Positions 9,401-17,539 of a stretch of DNA of 41,211 nucleotides are shown here, piece by piece. The notes below the pieces were generated by a model, which was given only the letters and a program-made list of their open reading frames with translations, searched no databases and was not told the DNA's origin. The stretch lies in the IMG/VR virus record IMGVR_UViG_3300045163_000020. One strand, 5' to 3'. This DNA is from a virus. How positions within the stretch are numbered: position 1 is the stretch's first letter; each line of letters starts with the position of its first letter. Made by a program: the position numbers and the translations under genes.

Positions 9401-11676
9401 GTCTGCTTGGCGCGCTCTTCGAGCTGGCGCATGCGGTCCTCGAACTTCTCGACCTGCTTGCCGTCGAGGTCGGCGTCGAGGTCTCCGATCGTGCCGCGGG
9501 CCTTGGCCGCCTTGCGGGCGGTCTCGTCGATGCCGCCCTGGATCTGCTCGATCTTCTCGCGGTAGCGGCCCTGCTCCATCTGGTTTCCGCCGGAGTTGGC
9601 GATGGCGTCGTCGATCTTCTCCTGTGCCCCGGCGACGCCCTCGGCGGCGTTGACGATGTCGACGTAGCTGAGGCCGAGGTTATCCATCATCTTCCGGTTG
9701 CCCTCGATGGCCATCGTGGACTCGCCGGTCTTGGCGATGTAGGCGTCGAAGGCGTCGTTGGCGGTGCGCATCGCGCCTGCGTTGCCGGTCGCCGCCTCGG
9801 CGAGGGTGTCCATGGACACGCCGGCGGCGCGGGCGGCGTCCTCGACGCCGTCGGTCTCGCGGAGCTTCTTCTCCTGGAGTTCCTTGGTCTGGGCGGTGAT
9901 CGCCCCGGTGGTCTGGTCCAGGGAGTCCCGGAGCGCGTCCTGGTGGGCCTTGTGCTCGGCCTCCTTCTGCGCGGCCTCCTCGTGCTTCTGGGCGAGGATG
10001 CCGAGGGCAGCTCCACCGACGCCGAGGGCGACGCCGAAGGGGCCGCCCATCATCGTCATCAGCCCCGACGCGCCGGACTTGAGCAGGGACATGCCGCCAC
10101 CGGCGACACCGCCAGCAACACCGCCGAGGGTCTTCATCGCGCCGCCGGCAACGGTCGTGGCCTTGTGGATGCCGGTCATGTCCTTCGCCGCCTCGCGGGC
10201 GGTCTTGCCCGCGGTGCGCATCCCGGATCCGACGCTCAGATAGGCGTCGCCCATCCGGCCGATGGTGGGGACGCGCTCCTGCATGAGGGCCATGGCGGCG
10301 GTTGTCCGGCCGATCTCCATCCCCATCGACGAGAAGTACTGCCGCTGCTCGGAGATGTCCCGCCCGAGGGTCCGCAGTGCCCCTCCCCCGGCGGACGCTG
10401 CGGATGTCAGTCCGGTCATCTTCGCCAGGGGAATCGCGGTGCCGAGGGCGAGCAGCGGCGCCGGGAGTTTCGTGACCACGCCGACGAGATCGGTGAAGAT
10501 CTTGGCCACCGGAGTCGCCGCGCTGATCAGCCCGGAGAGGGCCGAGGCCCCCATGGACGCCGCGGTCTCGATCGACGGGCCGAGCTGCTCCATGGCGTCG
10601 ACGCCGGCGTTCGCGGCGTCGGTCAGTGGCCCCTTCACCGCGTCGTAGATCTTCAGACCGAGATACTCGGCGGCGTTCTGCGCCCGCTCCAGCGCTCCGG
10701 GGAGGCCCTGGGTCTGGGCGGCCGCGACCTCTGCCGCCTGCCCGGACCGGGTGACCTGCTCCTTGAGTTTGTTGAAGCCCTCGCTACCCTGCTCCGCGCC
10801 GATTCCGGCCAAGCGCATGGCGTCAGATCCGAAGAGCACGGCGGTGGCTGCCTGGTAGGCCTCCGGTGTCATGTTCTTCTGCGCGGTCTGCAGCTGGTCG
10901 AAGAGGGCCGGCAGTCCGACGAAGTTGCCCTGCATGTCGTACACCGACAGGCCGAGTTCCTCCATGGCCGCCTGCGCGGGCTTGCCCTGGTCCGTGAGCG
11001 CCAGCAGTGCGGACTTGAGCAGCGTGCCGGCGTCAGAGCCCTGGATGCCCGCGTTGGCGAACATGGCGAGTGCCGTGGAGGTGTCCTCGATGCTGATGCC
11101 GAACTGGCTGGCTACGGTGCCGGACTGCTGAAGCCCCTGGGCAATACCGTCGATCTCCGCCGATGATGCGTTCGCAGCACCTGCGAGGATGTCGGAGACC
11201 CGGGCTGCATCGGATGCCTGCAGGGAGAAAGCCTGCAGTGCCTGCGACTGGATCGTGGCGGCGTCCGCCGCGTCGATCTGTGCCGCGGCGGCGAGCTGCA
11301 GCGTGCCCTTGGCCGCTCCCATCGACTCGTCGACGGAGAAGCCGCCCTTGGACAGCTCGACCATGGCAGCTGCGGCGTCAGAGGCGGAGGTGGCTGTGAG
11401 GTCGGTGTCATTGCCGAGTTCACGGGCCTTCGCTGCGACGGCGTCCATCTGGGATGCCGTGCCCTGGGACACCGCCGACATCTCGTTCATCTTCTTGTCG
11501 AAGTCGATGCCGATGTCCATGACGGCCTTGGCCGTGGCTCCGGCGCCGAGAGCGATGCCGAGTGCGGATCCGATCTTCGTCGCGGTTCCGAGGGCGCCGG
11601 AGAGCCCGGACTCCAGCTTTCCCGGGAACGCCTTGACGTCAGGCTCCACTCGGATGTCGATCTGGCCGCCGGCCAT
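6484..11676 (-). CDS. Tape measure protein with embedded LAS/M15-type zinc peptidase and SLT lytic transglycosylase motifs
   Basis: 1730-aa ORF with SD AGGAGG upstream. The N-terminal part is Ala/Gly-rich and helical. HGQGKAVD...HRNHVH lies near nt 8070..8340. ESGGDPGIQNNWDSNAASGTPSGGLLQV lies near nt 6930..7100. Confidence 0.95.
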   Translation of the reverse strand: MAGGQIDIRVEPDVKAFPGKLESGLSGALGTATKIGSALGIALGAGATAKAVMDIGIDFDKKMNEMSAVSQGTASQMDAVAAKARELGNDTDLTATSASDAAAAMVELSKGGFSVDESMGAAKGTLQLAAAAQIDAADAATIQSQALQAFSLQASDAARVSDILAGAANASSAEIDGIAQGLQQSGTVASQFGISIEDTSTALAMFANAGIQGSDAGTLLKSALLALTDQGKPAQAAMEELGLSVYDMQGNFVGLPALFDQLQTAQKNMTPEAYQAATAVLFGSDAMRLAGIGAEQGSEGFNKLKEQVTRSGQAAEVAAAQTQGLPGALERAQNAAEYLGLKIYDAVKGPLTDAANAGVDAMEQLGPSIETAASMGASALSGLISAATPVAKIFTDLVGVVTKLPAPLLALGTAIPLAKMTGLTSAASAGGGALRTLGRDISEQRQYFSSMGMEIGRTTAAMALMQERVPTIGRMGDAYLSVGSGMRTAGKTAREAAKDMTGIHKATTVAGGAMKTLGGVAGGVAGGGMSLLKSGASGLMTMMGGPFGVALGVGGAALGILAQKHEEAAQKEAEHKAHQDALRDSLDQTTGAITAQTKELQEKKLRETDGVEDAARAAGVSMDTLAEAATGNAGAMRTANDAFDAYIAKTGESTMAIEGNRKMMDNLGLSYVDIVNAAEGVAGAQEKIDDAIANSGGNQMEQGRYREKIEQIQGGIDETARKAAKARGTIGDLDADLDGKQVEKFEDRMRQLEERAKQTKDILQELNGQDLKLENAGENGEARVSIKFDEATYNDTKSKLEELGAKVSEPINGRVNIAFPEGADILAILKQIGIEASATKDGYIKIDNPDAPECIASLEELGIKTTTLPDGRVVIDSNDPEVRDRLIELGMGYKDMNGDFHLADNIQDVVDHLNGVNGTQTSGNHHQSDDSAATAANIKNNLNSPNGDTYSKHTVTYTVAGKEYSASGGFFADPLGYSLAAGQNATGGRIPRNAAGGDIAPGAVGGPSHTGYRLPTTGPGTHITDGILGISPDGTPMSWLDGGEWVANAKSSREYNDAYYWLNQGQPQAAIFALEAKTPTRPTAAGGAPGVQALASGGVVDSIIGLVNENFPMMTITSTTRNSNDLHGQGKAVDASNGYDDTPEMQSMAQWFYDRYQYQLAELIHSPFGNNVKNGDNVGDGMGFYGADTMSQHRNHVHIAAQAPLDGEDEAWKDRTKDDDKDKSPEEKSRDSAAKNAADEQERRRKMVAESKPEVVQTNVTLGPDPVAQAMFNADNDPDGILSLTRGADFTPRFADRYHVEEDDELVNFLLWAKGGQDEKDDELAAAFDNQNDPRGVRALLEAGVYTQRFGDAFGVGENSALVTAALAAREKGGVNTLRVSAWHDEYGDVDTSVSGIAGKVAKSLVSDAVGDVFAAFGVDDDLGPLTQAAIAGAKYAYGINTGASYEDMQSAASASGQHSSKFSDAYQSMTASEADSGLRESSSGGTGGGGGGSHTYDPSQGAAQWSSTILDALARTGRPAGEEGVTTEQVDIESGGDPGIQNNWDSNAASGTPSGGLLQVIEPTRQSMRQMFPEHHAGLVDDLFDPLENLVAGIDWAIYKYGGPSAIWPTRAGYADGGQFRLLPSGQAAIVPPNTPRLIGDNPTVDEFYLPDDDSSIPTGQAWARRRGLQLTIAGNQRKRDDRMAAAVATQAASGPTYQSHVNVNGFDRQEVAAGIRMAERKARWKEGF

Positions 11677-11702
11677 GGGGTACCTCCTGGGGTCGTGGTG
11701 GG

Positions 11703-12149
11703 TCAGCCTCCGAGGGAGGCGAACAGGGCGTCGAGGGCGGCGTCCTGGGTGGCCTGCGGCGTCGGAGACGGCGTCTGCAGGGAGGCGAGATACGCGGCGT
11801 TCCGCTCGGCGAGCTCAGCGGTGAGGTCGGCGGGTCGGACTGCGACCGGGTCCAGCACCGGCACCGGTGGCGGTGTGGGCCGTGGCCCGGGATCCGGCGC
11901 GTCGGGGTCCGCGGTCCAGCCCGCGTACACGCCGTTGAGGTGGAAGTCGTCTCGGTCGACCAGGCGGGCGATGTTCTCGTCCGTCGGCGACCACGCTGGT
12001 GGGAGTTCCTCGAGCAGGATCTCCATCTCCCGCCAGTCGAGGGTGTGCATGGCCTCGACGAGGCTCATGCAGTAGTGCCGACGGAAGCCCACTACCGCGC
12101 GGCGCCACCCTCGGGCGTCACTGATTCCGGCGAGGGCGCGAGAAAACCC
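11703..12149 (-). CDS. Tail assembly chaperone -1 frameshift extension (gpGT-like, expressed as a fusion with 12092..12475)
   Basis: The -1 frame is open from the GGGTTTT site. It continues GFSRALAGISDARGWRR...MSLVEAMHTLDWREMEILLEE and ends 27 nt before the TMP start. Confidence 0.8.
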   Translation of the reverse strand, partial: GFSRALAGISDARGWRRAVVGFRRHYCMSLVEAMHTLDWREMEILLEELPPAWSPTDENIARLVDRDDFHLNGVYAGWTADPDAPDPGPRPTPPPVPVLDPVAVRPADLTAELAERNAAYLASLQTPSPTPQATQDAALDALFASLGG

Positions 12150-12475
12150 TGATCGGTCGCCAGCCCGGCCAGCTTCAGCATCTCCATGACGACCTTCGAG
12201 GCGACCTGCGCCAGCAGGCCCCCGACGAACTCCCATGCCGCGTCGGCCTCGGCGGTGTCCGGGACGATCGCGCGGATCACGTCCTCGAGACCACCGGCGA
12301 GGGTGGTGGACACCCGGGCGGCCTCCGCCCCGGTCCAGGACGTCTTCACATGGACGGTGATGTCACCGAGGGTGGCGGGAGTCGTCTCGTGGTCGGACGG
12401 GCGTTCCAGCACCTTGAGCAGGTCGAACGGTTCCCGGTCATCGGTGTCCGGGGTCGCGGTTGTCTTCGTGGTCAT
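12092..12475 (-). CDS. Tail assembly chaperone (gpG-like)
   Basis: 127-aa acidic ORF between the tail and TMP genes. SD GAAAGGA upstream. Slippery heptamer near its 3-prime end. Confidence 0.85.
   Translation of the reverse strand: MTTKTTATPDTDDREPFDLLKVLERPSDHETTPATLGDITVHVKTSWTGAEAARVSTTLAGGLEDVIRAIVPDTAEADAAWEFVGGLLAQVASKVVMEMLKLAGLATDQGFLAPSPESVTPEGGAAR
12143..12149 (-). other. Programmed -1 ribosomal frameshift slippery heptamer G GGT TTT
   Basis: The plus strand reads aaaaccc. On the minus strand the zero-frame codons cag ggt ttt fit the X XXY YYZ pattern. Confidence 0.8.
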
Positions 12476-12525
12476 TGTGGCGGGGTCCTTTCACGAGGGG
12501 GCGGGGTCAGCTGTGGTCGAGAAGA

Positions 12526-12562
12526 GGGCCCGGGGCGACCCCGCCAGGGATTCCCCGGGCCC
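12526..12562 (-). terminator. Strong GC stem-loop (10-bp perfect stem) after the fibre-like gene; attenuator or terminator candidate
   Basis: gggcccgggg (12526..12535) pairs with ccccgggccc (12553..12562). On the minus strand it is followed by tcttct. Confidence 0.4.
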
Positions 12563-12596
12563 GGCGCGCCGCCGGTGGTGGCGCGGTCGGGTGGTG

Positions 12597-13046
12597 CTAC
12601 TCGCCGCCCTCTGCGGGGGCGGCGGCGTCCTCGAGCGTCTTGATGCGGGCGAGGGCGGCGTCAAGGTCGGTCTTCTTCGCCAGGCCGGTGATATCCGGGA
12701 TGGTGGGCTTGCCGGTGATGTCGGCCCAGGCGGGCTTCCAGTCGCCGGCCTTGGCGTCGGTGGCGGTGGTGCCGATCTTGAGGTTGCTGGACCCGGTGCC
12801 AGCGCCGATGGCGGTACGTGCCGCGGCGGCGTCCTTGGCGGTGAGGACCTTGCGTCCGGTGTCGGTGGCGTCGGTGATGGACGCGGCGGTGACCTCGCCA
12901 CCGCCTGCACCCCCACCGTCGGTCTCGATGGCGTTGACGCGGGCGGAGAGGTCCGCGATGGCGTTCTCGCCCTTGTTGAGGTTGTCGGCCTCGATGTTCG
13001 GCTCGTTATTGTTGACGTAGACCGTGGGCTTGTAGATGTCAGCCAT
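12597..13046 (-). CDS. Fibre-like structural protein
   Basis: 149 aa with SD GGAAAGGAAG upstream. The N-terminus PNIEADNLNKGENAIADL resembles the LN-x-x-E-x-GI motif common at tail or head fibre N-termini. Also has a Gly run and an AARTAIGAG motif. Confidence 0.6.
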   Translation of the reverse strand: MADIYKPTVYVNNNEPNIEADNLNKGENAIADLSARVNAIETDGGGAGGGEVTAASITDATDTGRKVLTAKDAAAARTAIGAGTGSSNLKIGTTATDAKAGDWKPAWADITGKPTIPDITGLAKKTDLDAALARIKTLEDAAAPAEGGE

Positions 13047-13120
13047 GATCTTCCTTTCCCGGGATCACTTCCCGTTGCTGGGCTTGAGTGTTTTCGAGGG
13101 GTAGAGCCCCGGACGGGGAA

Positions 13121-13759
13121 CTAGCCCTCGACCGGGGCCGGGGTTTCCCCCGGGTCAACAACCTCGATTCCCTCGGCGGGCTTGGTGATGGTGAAGGGTC
13201 GGGGGATGGAGAGGTAGTTGAACTTGAAGGTCCACCCGTCGAGGTCGGTGCCGTTGAAGCGGCCGAAGGCGGCGGGCTCGGCGAGCTTGGCTCGGGCGAT
13301 GTAGATGCCCTTGACCTTGGAGCCGCGGCGGAAGAGGTAGGTGAGGGCGATGACCTCCTCGTCGCCCATGACCTCCTCGTAGAGGGCGCCGTTCTTGACG
13401 ATGTGGCCGCCACGGAGGCGGGTCTTGGTGGTGGCGGCGTTGTCGTCGACGGCGATGAAGGAGCCGGTGTCCTTGCGGATGTCGTCGTAGGAGTCGTAGA
13501 TGCCGCCGCGGTAGTTCCAGATGGTCTTGTCGTTGGCCTTCTGCTCCGGGGCGAAGTCGACGCCGGCCTCGATGCCGCCGAACGGCTCCCAGGTGACCTC
13601 TCCGTCGCCGTCGATGCCGGGGGACTTGAGGGGGTTCTTGGCGTCCGGGGAGAAGTCCTCGACCTTGGACAGGTTCGGGATGGGGGTGTTCTCGGGGGCG
13701 CGGAAGGCGTCGCCGTCGAGCCAGATCTGTGCTGCCTCGGGGTTAGCGAAGTTGGACAT
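13121..13759 (-). CDS. Major tail protein
   Basis: 212 aa with SD AAAGGAG upstream. Lies between the tail terminator-like gene and the chaperones. Composition is typical of a tube protein. Confidence 0.8.
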   Translation of the reverse strand: MSNFANPEAAQIWLDGDAFRAPENTPIPNLSKVEDFSPDAKNPLKSPGIDGDGEVTWEPFGGIEAGVDFAPEQKANDKTIWNYRGGIYDSYDDIRKDTGSFIAVDDNAATTKTRLRGGHIVKNGALYEEVMGDEEVIALTYLFRRGSKVKGIYIARAKLAEPAAFGRFNGTDLDGWTFKFNYLSIPRPFTITKPAEGIEVVDPGETPAPVEG

Positions 13760-13771
13760 GATCGCTCCTTT

Positions 13772-14233
13772 CTAGAGCGTGTCGGGGGGTACCACCGTCA
13801 TCTGGACGGTGATCGTGCAGGTGTAGAGCGGGTGGGTCGCGTCCCGGTCGGAGCCGACCTCGGAGACCGGGCCCTCGGTCCAGGACGCGCGCCACGCCGC
13901 CCCTCGGAACTCCCGGCTCCGGGAGAAGTCGAGGATGGTCGCGGCGCGGGCGACGATGTCCCAGGCGGCTTCGTCGGGGTCCTTCCCGGCGTGCGGGCCA
14001 GACTCCGGGGCGTAGTTGTCCGGGACGACGGCGATGACCTGGATGGCGGGGTTGCGCAGCTGCGCATCCTCGCCGTCCTGCCACATCGACCGGATCAGGA
14101 CCGCCGGTGCGGTCAGCTCGGAGGGCAGGTCACGGGTCGTGACCGTGCCCCCGTCGAGCAGGCTCACGAACTCCTCCTCGTCGAGCAGGAGGCGACGGAC
14201 AGGGATGAGCATGTACGGCAGCGGCCCCTTCAT
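13772..14233 (-). CDS. Tail terminator-like protein (called by position)
   Basis: 153-aa ORF directly upstream of the major tail gene. Its start overlaps the previous stop. Confidence 0.55.
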   Translation of the reverse strand: MKGPLPYMLIPVRRLLLDEEEFVSLLDGGTVTTRDLPSELTAPAVLIRSMWQDGEDAQLRNPAIQVIAVVPDNYAPESGPHAGKDPDEAAWDIVARAATILDFSRSREFRGAAWRASWTEGPVSEVGSDRDATHPLYTCTITVQMTVVPPDTL

Positions 14234-14571
14234 CGGCGCCTCCGTCTACTCCGCCGGGTCATGCCGCGGGGCATCATGCCCCGGTACTCCCCGGCGCGCA
14301 TGGCGGCGTCGGTGAGGGCGGCGTGGGGCGGAGTGTCGCTGGTGCCGTACTCCTTGTGGATGGCGGTGGGGTCGGTGTCGATGATGGAGACCCGGCTGCC
14401 GGAGTGGGCGACGCTGATTCCGCCTCGGTAGGCGCCGGTGAGGACCGGGGCTGCGGCCCTGGCTTGGCCGGCGGCTTCGTTGGCGATCTTCAGCAGGCCC
14501 TTCTGGGAGTGCTGCCGTGCTTCCTGGCGGGCCTGCTGGTCGAAGATGGTCAGTCGGGCGGATGCGGGCAC
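14230..14571 (-). CDS. HK97 gp10-like head-tail joining protein
   Basis: GTG 14571 lies 10 nt after GGAGG. The sequence VPASARLTIFDQQARQEARQ...PVLTGAYRGGISV...EYGTSDTPPHAALTDA resembles the gp10-family pattern. Confidence 0.6.
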   Translation of the reverse strand: MPASARLTIFDQQARQEARQHSQKGLLKIANEAAGQARAAAPVLTGAYRGGISVAHSGSRVSIIDTDPTAIHKEYGTSDTPPHAALTDAAMRAGEYRGMMPRGMTRRSRRRRR

Positions 14572-14585
14572 GGTGGTTTCACCTC

Positions 14586-14963
14586 CTACGGGGTGGTGGT
14601 CTGGGTGCTGCGGGTGACGATGATGACCGTGTAGGGGCATGGTCGGCGTGGGGTGGTGCGGGGGATCGCGGGGGCGTCGGCGACCCAGCGGCGTCCGTCT
14701 CCTGCGACGAAGACGGTGCCCTGGGGGTACCGGTGTTCGCCTGCGAGGAGGAGGAGTCGCTGCTGGATCGTCGCGGTCTTGCCGGAACCGATGTCGGCGG
14801 TGGCCTGCGCGGCGTCAGGATCACGTCGCTGCAGGAGGCCGGGGACGGGGTCGCCTGGGGTGAGGATGTCCCGGTGGTTTCCGGTGTCGGGGTTGGTGAC
14901 CCGGCGGGCGACCATCGGGGCGTAAGCCTCCGAGCAGCGGGCGGCGAAAGCCTCAGGGGTCAT
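14586..14963 (-). CDS. Head closure or head-tail adaptor protein (called by position)
   Basis: ATG 14963 overlaps the upstream stop (ATGA). 125 aa. Confidence 0.55.
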   Translation of the reverse strand: MTPEAFAARCSEAYAPMVARRVTNPDTGNHRDILTPGDPVPGLLQRRDPDAAQATADIGSGKTATIQQRLLLLAGEHRYPQGTVFVAGDGRRWVADAPAIPRTTPRRPCPYTVIIVTRSTQTTTP

Positions 14964-15403
14964 TGCTGCCCCCTGGTCCGCCATCCGTTGATCGTCCACG
15001 CGCCCTGGTTTCCGTCGGTGGTGCCGTCGATGCCGATGTCGGCGAGCTCGTCGTCGGTGAAGAAGACGCCGCGCTCGGACTGGCTGGTGTCGAACTCAGT
15101 GGTGGCCTCTGGCCATCCCTCGCTGCGGACCCGCCAGCCGATGCGGTCGTCCTCGACGGCGCGGTAGACCGCCTCCACGAGCACGTCGCCGACCGCCAGG
15201 GCGTCGACCTGTCCCGTGGCCACGCGAGTGTCCAGGGTGGGGTCGAGTCGCCTCAGGCGGGTGTGGGCGGTGCGCAGGAAGCGGGCGACCTTGCGGCCCT
15301 CCGACTCCCCCAGTGCGATGCCTCCGAGCCGGTCGGCGACATCTTCGCCGGTGGCATAGACGGGCAGATCAGCCGGGTCGGTCGGGTCGGTCGGTGTGGT
15401 CAT
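14960..15403 (-). CDS. Head-tail connector protein (gp6-like, called by position)
   Basis: 147 aa with SD AGGAGGTG upstream. First gene after the capsid-associated genes. Confidence 0.6.
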   Translation of the reverse strand: MTTPTDPTDPADLPVYATGEDVADRLGGIALGESEGRKVARFLRTAHTRLRRLDPTLDTRVATGQVDALAVGDVLVEAVYRAVEDDRIGWRVRSEGWPEATTEFDTSQSERGVFFTDDELADIGIDGTTDGNQGAWTINGWRTRGQQ

Positions 15404-15414
15404 GGACTCACCTC

Positions 15415-15816
15415 CTATCCCCGGGACTGCTCCCAGGCGGTGATCAGCTCGTCACGGGATGCGCCGTCGGCGACGGTGATCCCCTGGTCGGCGAGGAACG
15501 CCGCCCAGACCGCGCGCGGCGCGTTGCGCTTCGGCGAGGCCGGGGCCGACCTATCGTCGGCGGCGGCCTCACTGTCGGCGGTGTCCTGCGCGGCGGGATC
15601 CTGGTCCCCGTCGACGGTCTCTTCCTCCGGTGCGTCCTGCTGATTGTCCGGTTCCGGGCTCTCCGTGACGGTGTCCGTGTCGCCGATGGTGTAGCCCTGC
15701 CTGATGTAGTACGGCAGGTTCCGCTCGGAGGCGTCATCACAGACGCCGCGGTAGAAGACGTCCTCGTTGATCCGTCCGTTGAAGCGCCGGTTCGGCGCGG
15801 TGACTCGGATCCTCAT
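15415..15816 (-). CDS. Hypothetical head-associated protein with an acidic disordered centre
   Basis: 133-aa ORF starting 6 nt after the capsid stop. Confidence 0.6.
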   Translation of the reverse strand: MRIRVTAPNRRFNGRINEDVFYRGVCDDASERNLPYYIRQGYTIGDTDTVTESPEPDNQQDAPEEETVDGDQDPAAQDTADSEAAADDRSAPASPKRNAPRAVWAAFLADQGITVADGASRDELITAWEQSRG

Positions 15817-15821
15817 GGGGG

Positions 15822-16805
15822 CTACCGAACCTTGACGTTGCGCAGCACGGCGGCCGCCTTCGTCGCCTTGAGGGCGACGGCGACCGGGCCGAGCTCGACC
15901 TCGCCGCGCTTGACCGCGCCGGAGGTAGTGAAGTCCGGCAGCCAGGAGTGCACGAGCTCACCGGTGGTGGTCGTGACTCCGTGGAAGCCGTCGAGGCCGA
16001 TGCGGACCGCGTAGAGGGACGTGGTGCCCTTCTCTGCGTCGATCGGGATGATCGGGTCGTTGGTGCCGGCCTTGTTGCCCGGGTCGACGAAGGTGACTCC
16101 GCCGTAGGACTCGCGCTCGATCGGCCGGCCGCCGGCGCCGACGAGGTCCTCGACCGGGTCCTTGGTGTACTGGCCGGCGCGGCGGGCGGCGGCGCGGACG
16201 CGGGCGAGGGTGGCCTTGTTGCCGAGGATGACGGTCGGGGTGCCGTCGAGGTTGCCGAGGAACTCGTCGATGACGTCGAGGGCCTTGTGCTCGGCCCGGG
16301 TGTCGGTGTCGAAGTCGGACCAGTCGACGGTGTCGTCGGCGCCGATCTCGGTGTCGGAGCCGAGGAGGGCCTTGTCGAGTCCGTCGAAGCCGTTGGCGTC
16401 GACGGCGGTGTCGCCGTTGATCACGGCGTCAGCGAACGCGGTGTTCGCGGCCTTGATCTTCTGGCCCATCTGCAGGGTGACCTCGTTGGAGGCTGCCGGG
16501 CCGAGGTTGGCGAGGACGCGGTCGATCTTGAACGCGCCACCGAGGACCGCGAGGTCGACGGAGAAGCGGGCGGTGGTGACGTTGGAGTCCGCGTACTCGG
16601 AGTTGATCGCGCGGAATGCAGCGTCGGCCTGGGTGACCAGGCGGCGGTAGCCGTAGGTCATCGTCGCGCCGCCCTGGGCGGGGTTGACCGCGGTGTCGAA
16701 GATCATCGCGTCGAGGAGAGAGGAGGACTTCCGGAACTCGTCGATGACGGCCGGGTCGTAGTCCTCCTGGGTGTTTAGCTTGGCGTCAGCCAGGGTGATG
16801 GCCAT
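15822..16805 (-). CDS. Major capsid protein (HK97-fold type)
   Basis: 327 aa with SD GAAAGGA upstream, following the scaffold gene. Sequence is typical of actinophage capsids (MAITLADAKLNTQEDYDPAVIDEFRK...). Confidence 0.9.
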   Translation of the reverse strand: MAITLADAKLNTQEDYDPAVIDEFRKSSSLLDAMIFDTAVNPAQGGATMTYGYRRLVTQADAAFRAINSEYADSNVTTARFSVDLAVLGGAFKIDRVLANLGPAASNEVTLQMGQKIKAANTAFADAVINGDTAVDANGFDGLDKALLGSDTEIGADDTVDWSDFDTDTRAEHKALDVIDEFLGNLDGTPTVILGNKATLARVRAAARRAGQYTKDPVEDLVGAGGRPIERESYGGVTFVDPGNKAGTNDPIIPIDAEKGTTSLYAVRIGLDGFHGVTTTTGELVHSWLPDFTTSGAVKRGEVELGPVAVALKATKAAAVLRNVKVR

Positions 16806-16829
16806 GGGGATGGTCCTTTCTGGTGGTGG

Positions 16830-17450
16830 CTACCGGCTGGTGCCGGTGCCGTAGTGGGCGGACAGGGCGTCCGCGAGGGAGTGGTGGGTCATCGGGCCGG
16901 AAGAGCCCTTGCCCTGTGACGGATCCACCGCAGACCGGTCGAAGCCGAGGGACTCCGCCATGGCCTTGGCGTCCGCCGCGAGCTCTTCCTTCGTCTCGCC
17001 GCGGAGCCGGTCAGCCATGGCCGGCGGGAGCTTCGCCGCCGCCGCCGCTTCCGCCACGAGCTTCTCGCGGTTGAGGGCGGCGACTTTCGCCTCCGCGTCC
17101 TCGGCGCGCTTGACCGCGGAGTCCCGGTCGGCGGCGATCTTCTCCTGCTCGGTCATCTGCTCGCGCTCGTGCGCGGCGATCTTCTCCTGCAGGGCGTCAC
17201 GCTCGGCGGTGATCTTCGCCAGGAGGTCGGCAGTGCCGTCCTCGCCAGCGTCGTCACCGTCGCTGCCGTCTCCGGCGTCCTCGCCGCCGGAGGGCGGGTC
17301 GGTGCCGGAGTCCTCCCCCGAGTGATCCTCGGAGGAGGGGGCGGGGTCAGCGCCCGGCGCGCCGACGGCGGGGCTGCCGGCGTTGTCGGAGGAGTCGGGC
17401 TCGACGATGAAGCGGAGCCAGGGGCGGTGGTTTCGCAGGTTGTTGGGCAT
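16830..17450 (-). CDS. Capsid scaffolding protein
   Basis: ATG 17450 follows GGAAGGA. Acidic, Ala/Glu-rich coiled-coil protein directly upstream of the capsid gene. Confidence 0.8.
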   Translation of the reverse strand: MPNNLRNHRPWLRFIVEPDSSDNAGSPAVGAPGADPAPSSEDHSGEDSGTDPPSGGEDAGDGSDGDDAGEDGTADLLAKITAERDALQEKIAAHEREQMTEQEKIAADRDSAVKRAEDAEAKVAALNREKLVAEAAAAAKLPPAMADRLRGETKEELAADAKAMAESLGFDRSAVDPSQGKGSSGPMTHHSLADALSAHYGTGTSR

Positions 17451-17481
17451 GGTGTGGTCCTTCCTGCCCTCGTTCGGGCAT

Positions 17482-17519
17482 GAGAAAACCCCGCCCACCG
17501 CGAGGTGCGGTGTCGGGGC
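17482..17519 (-). terminator. Intrinsic terminator candidate between the small acidic ORF and the scaffold gene
   Basis: The minus strand reads ccccgacaccgc-acctc-gcggtgggcgggg followed by ttttct. Confidence 0.5.
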
Positions 17520-17539
17520 TGTGTTCGGGTTGTGTGAGG

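Noticed and set aside
7780-11166. 1128-aa plus-strand ORF, along with many other long plus-strand ORFs such as 1071..1994, 13088..14431, 19407..21224, 21402..22646, 24640..25884 and 38987..40468
   Set aside because: They lie antisense to well-supported phage structural or lysis genes. They have Gly/Val/Asp/Arg-rich compositions, which is typical of open antisense frames in high-GC DNA. None has an SD or start context.
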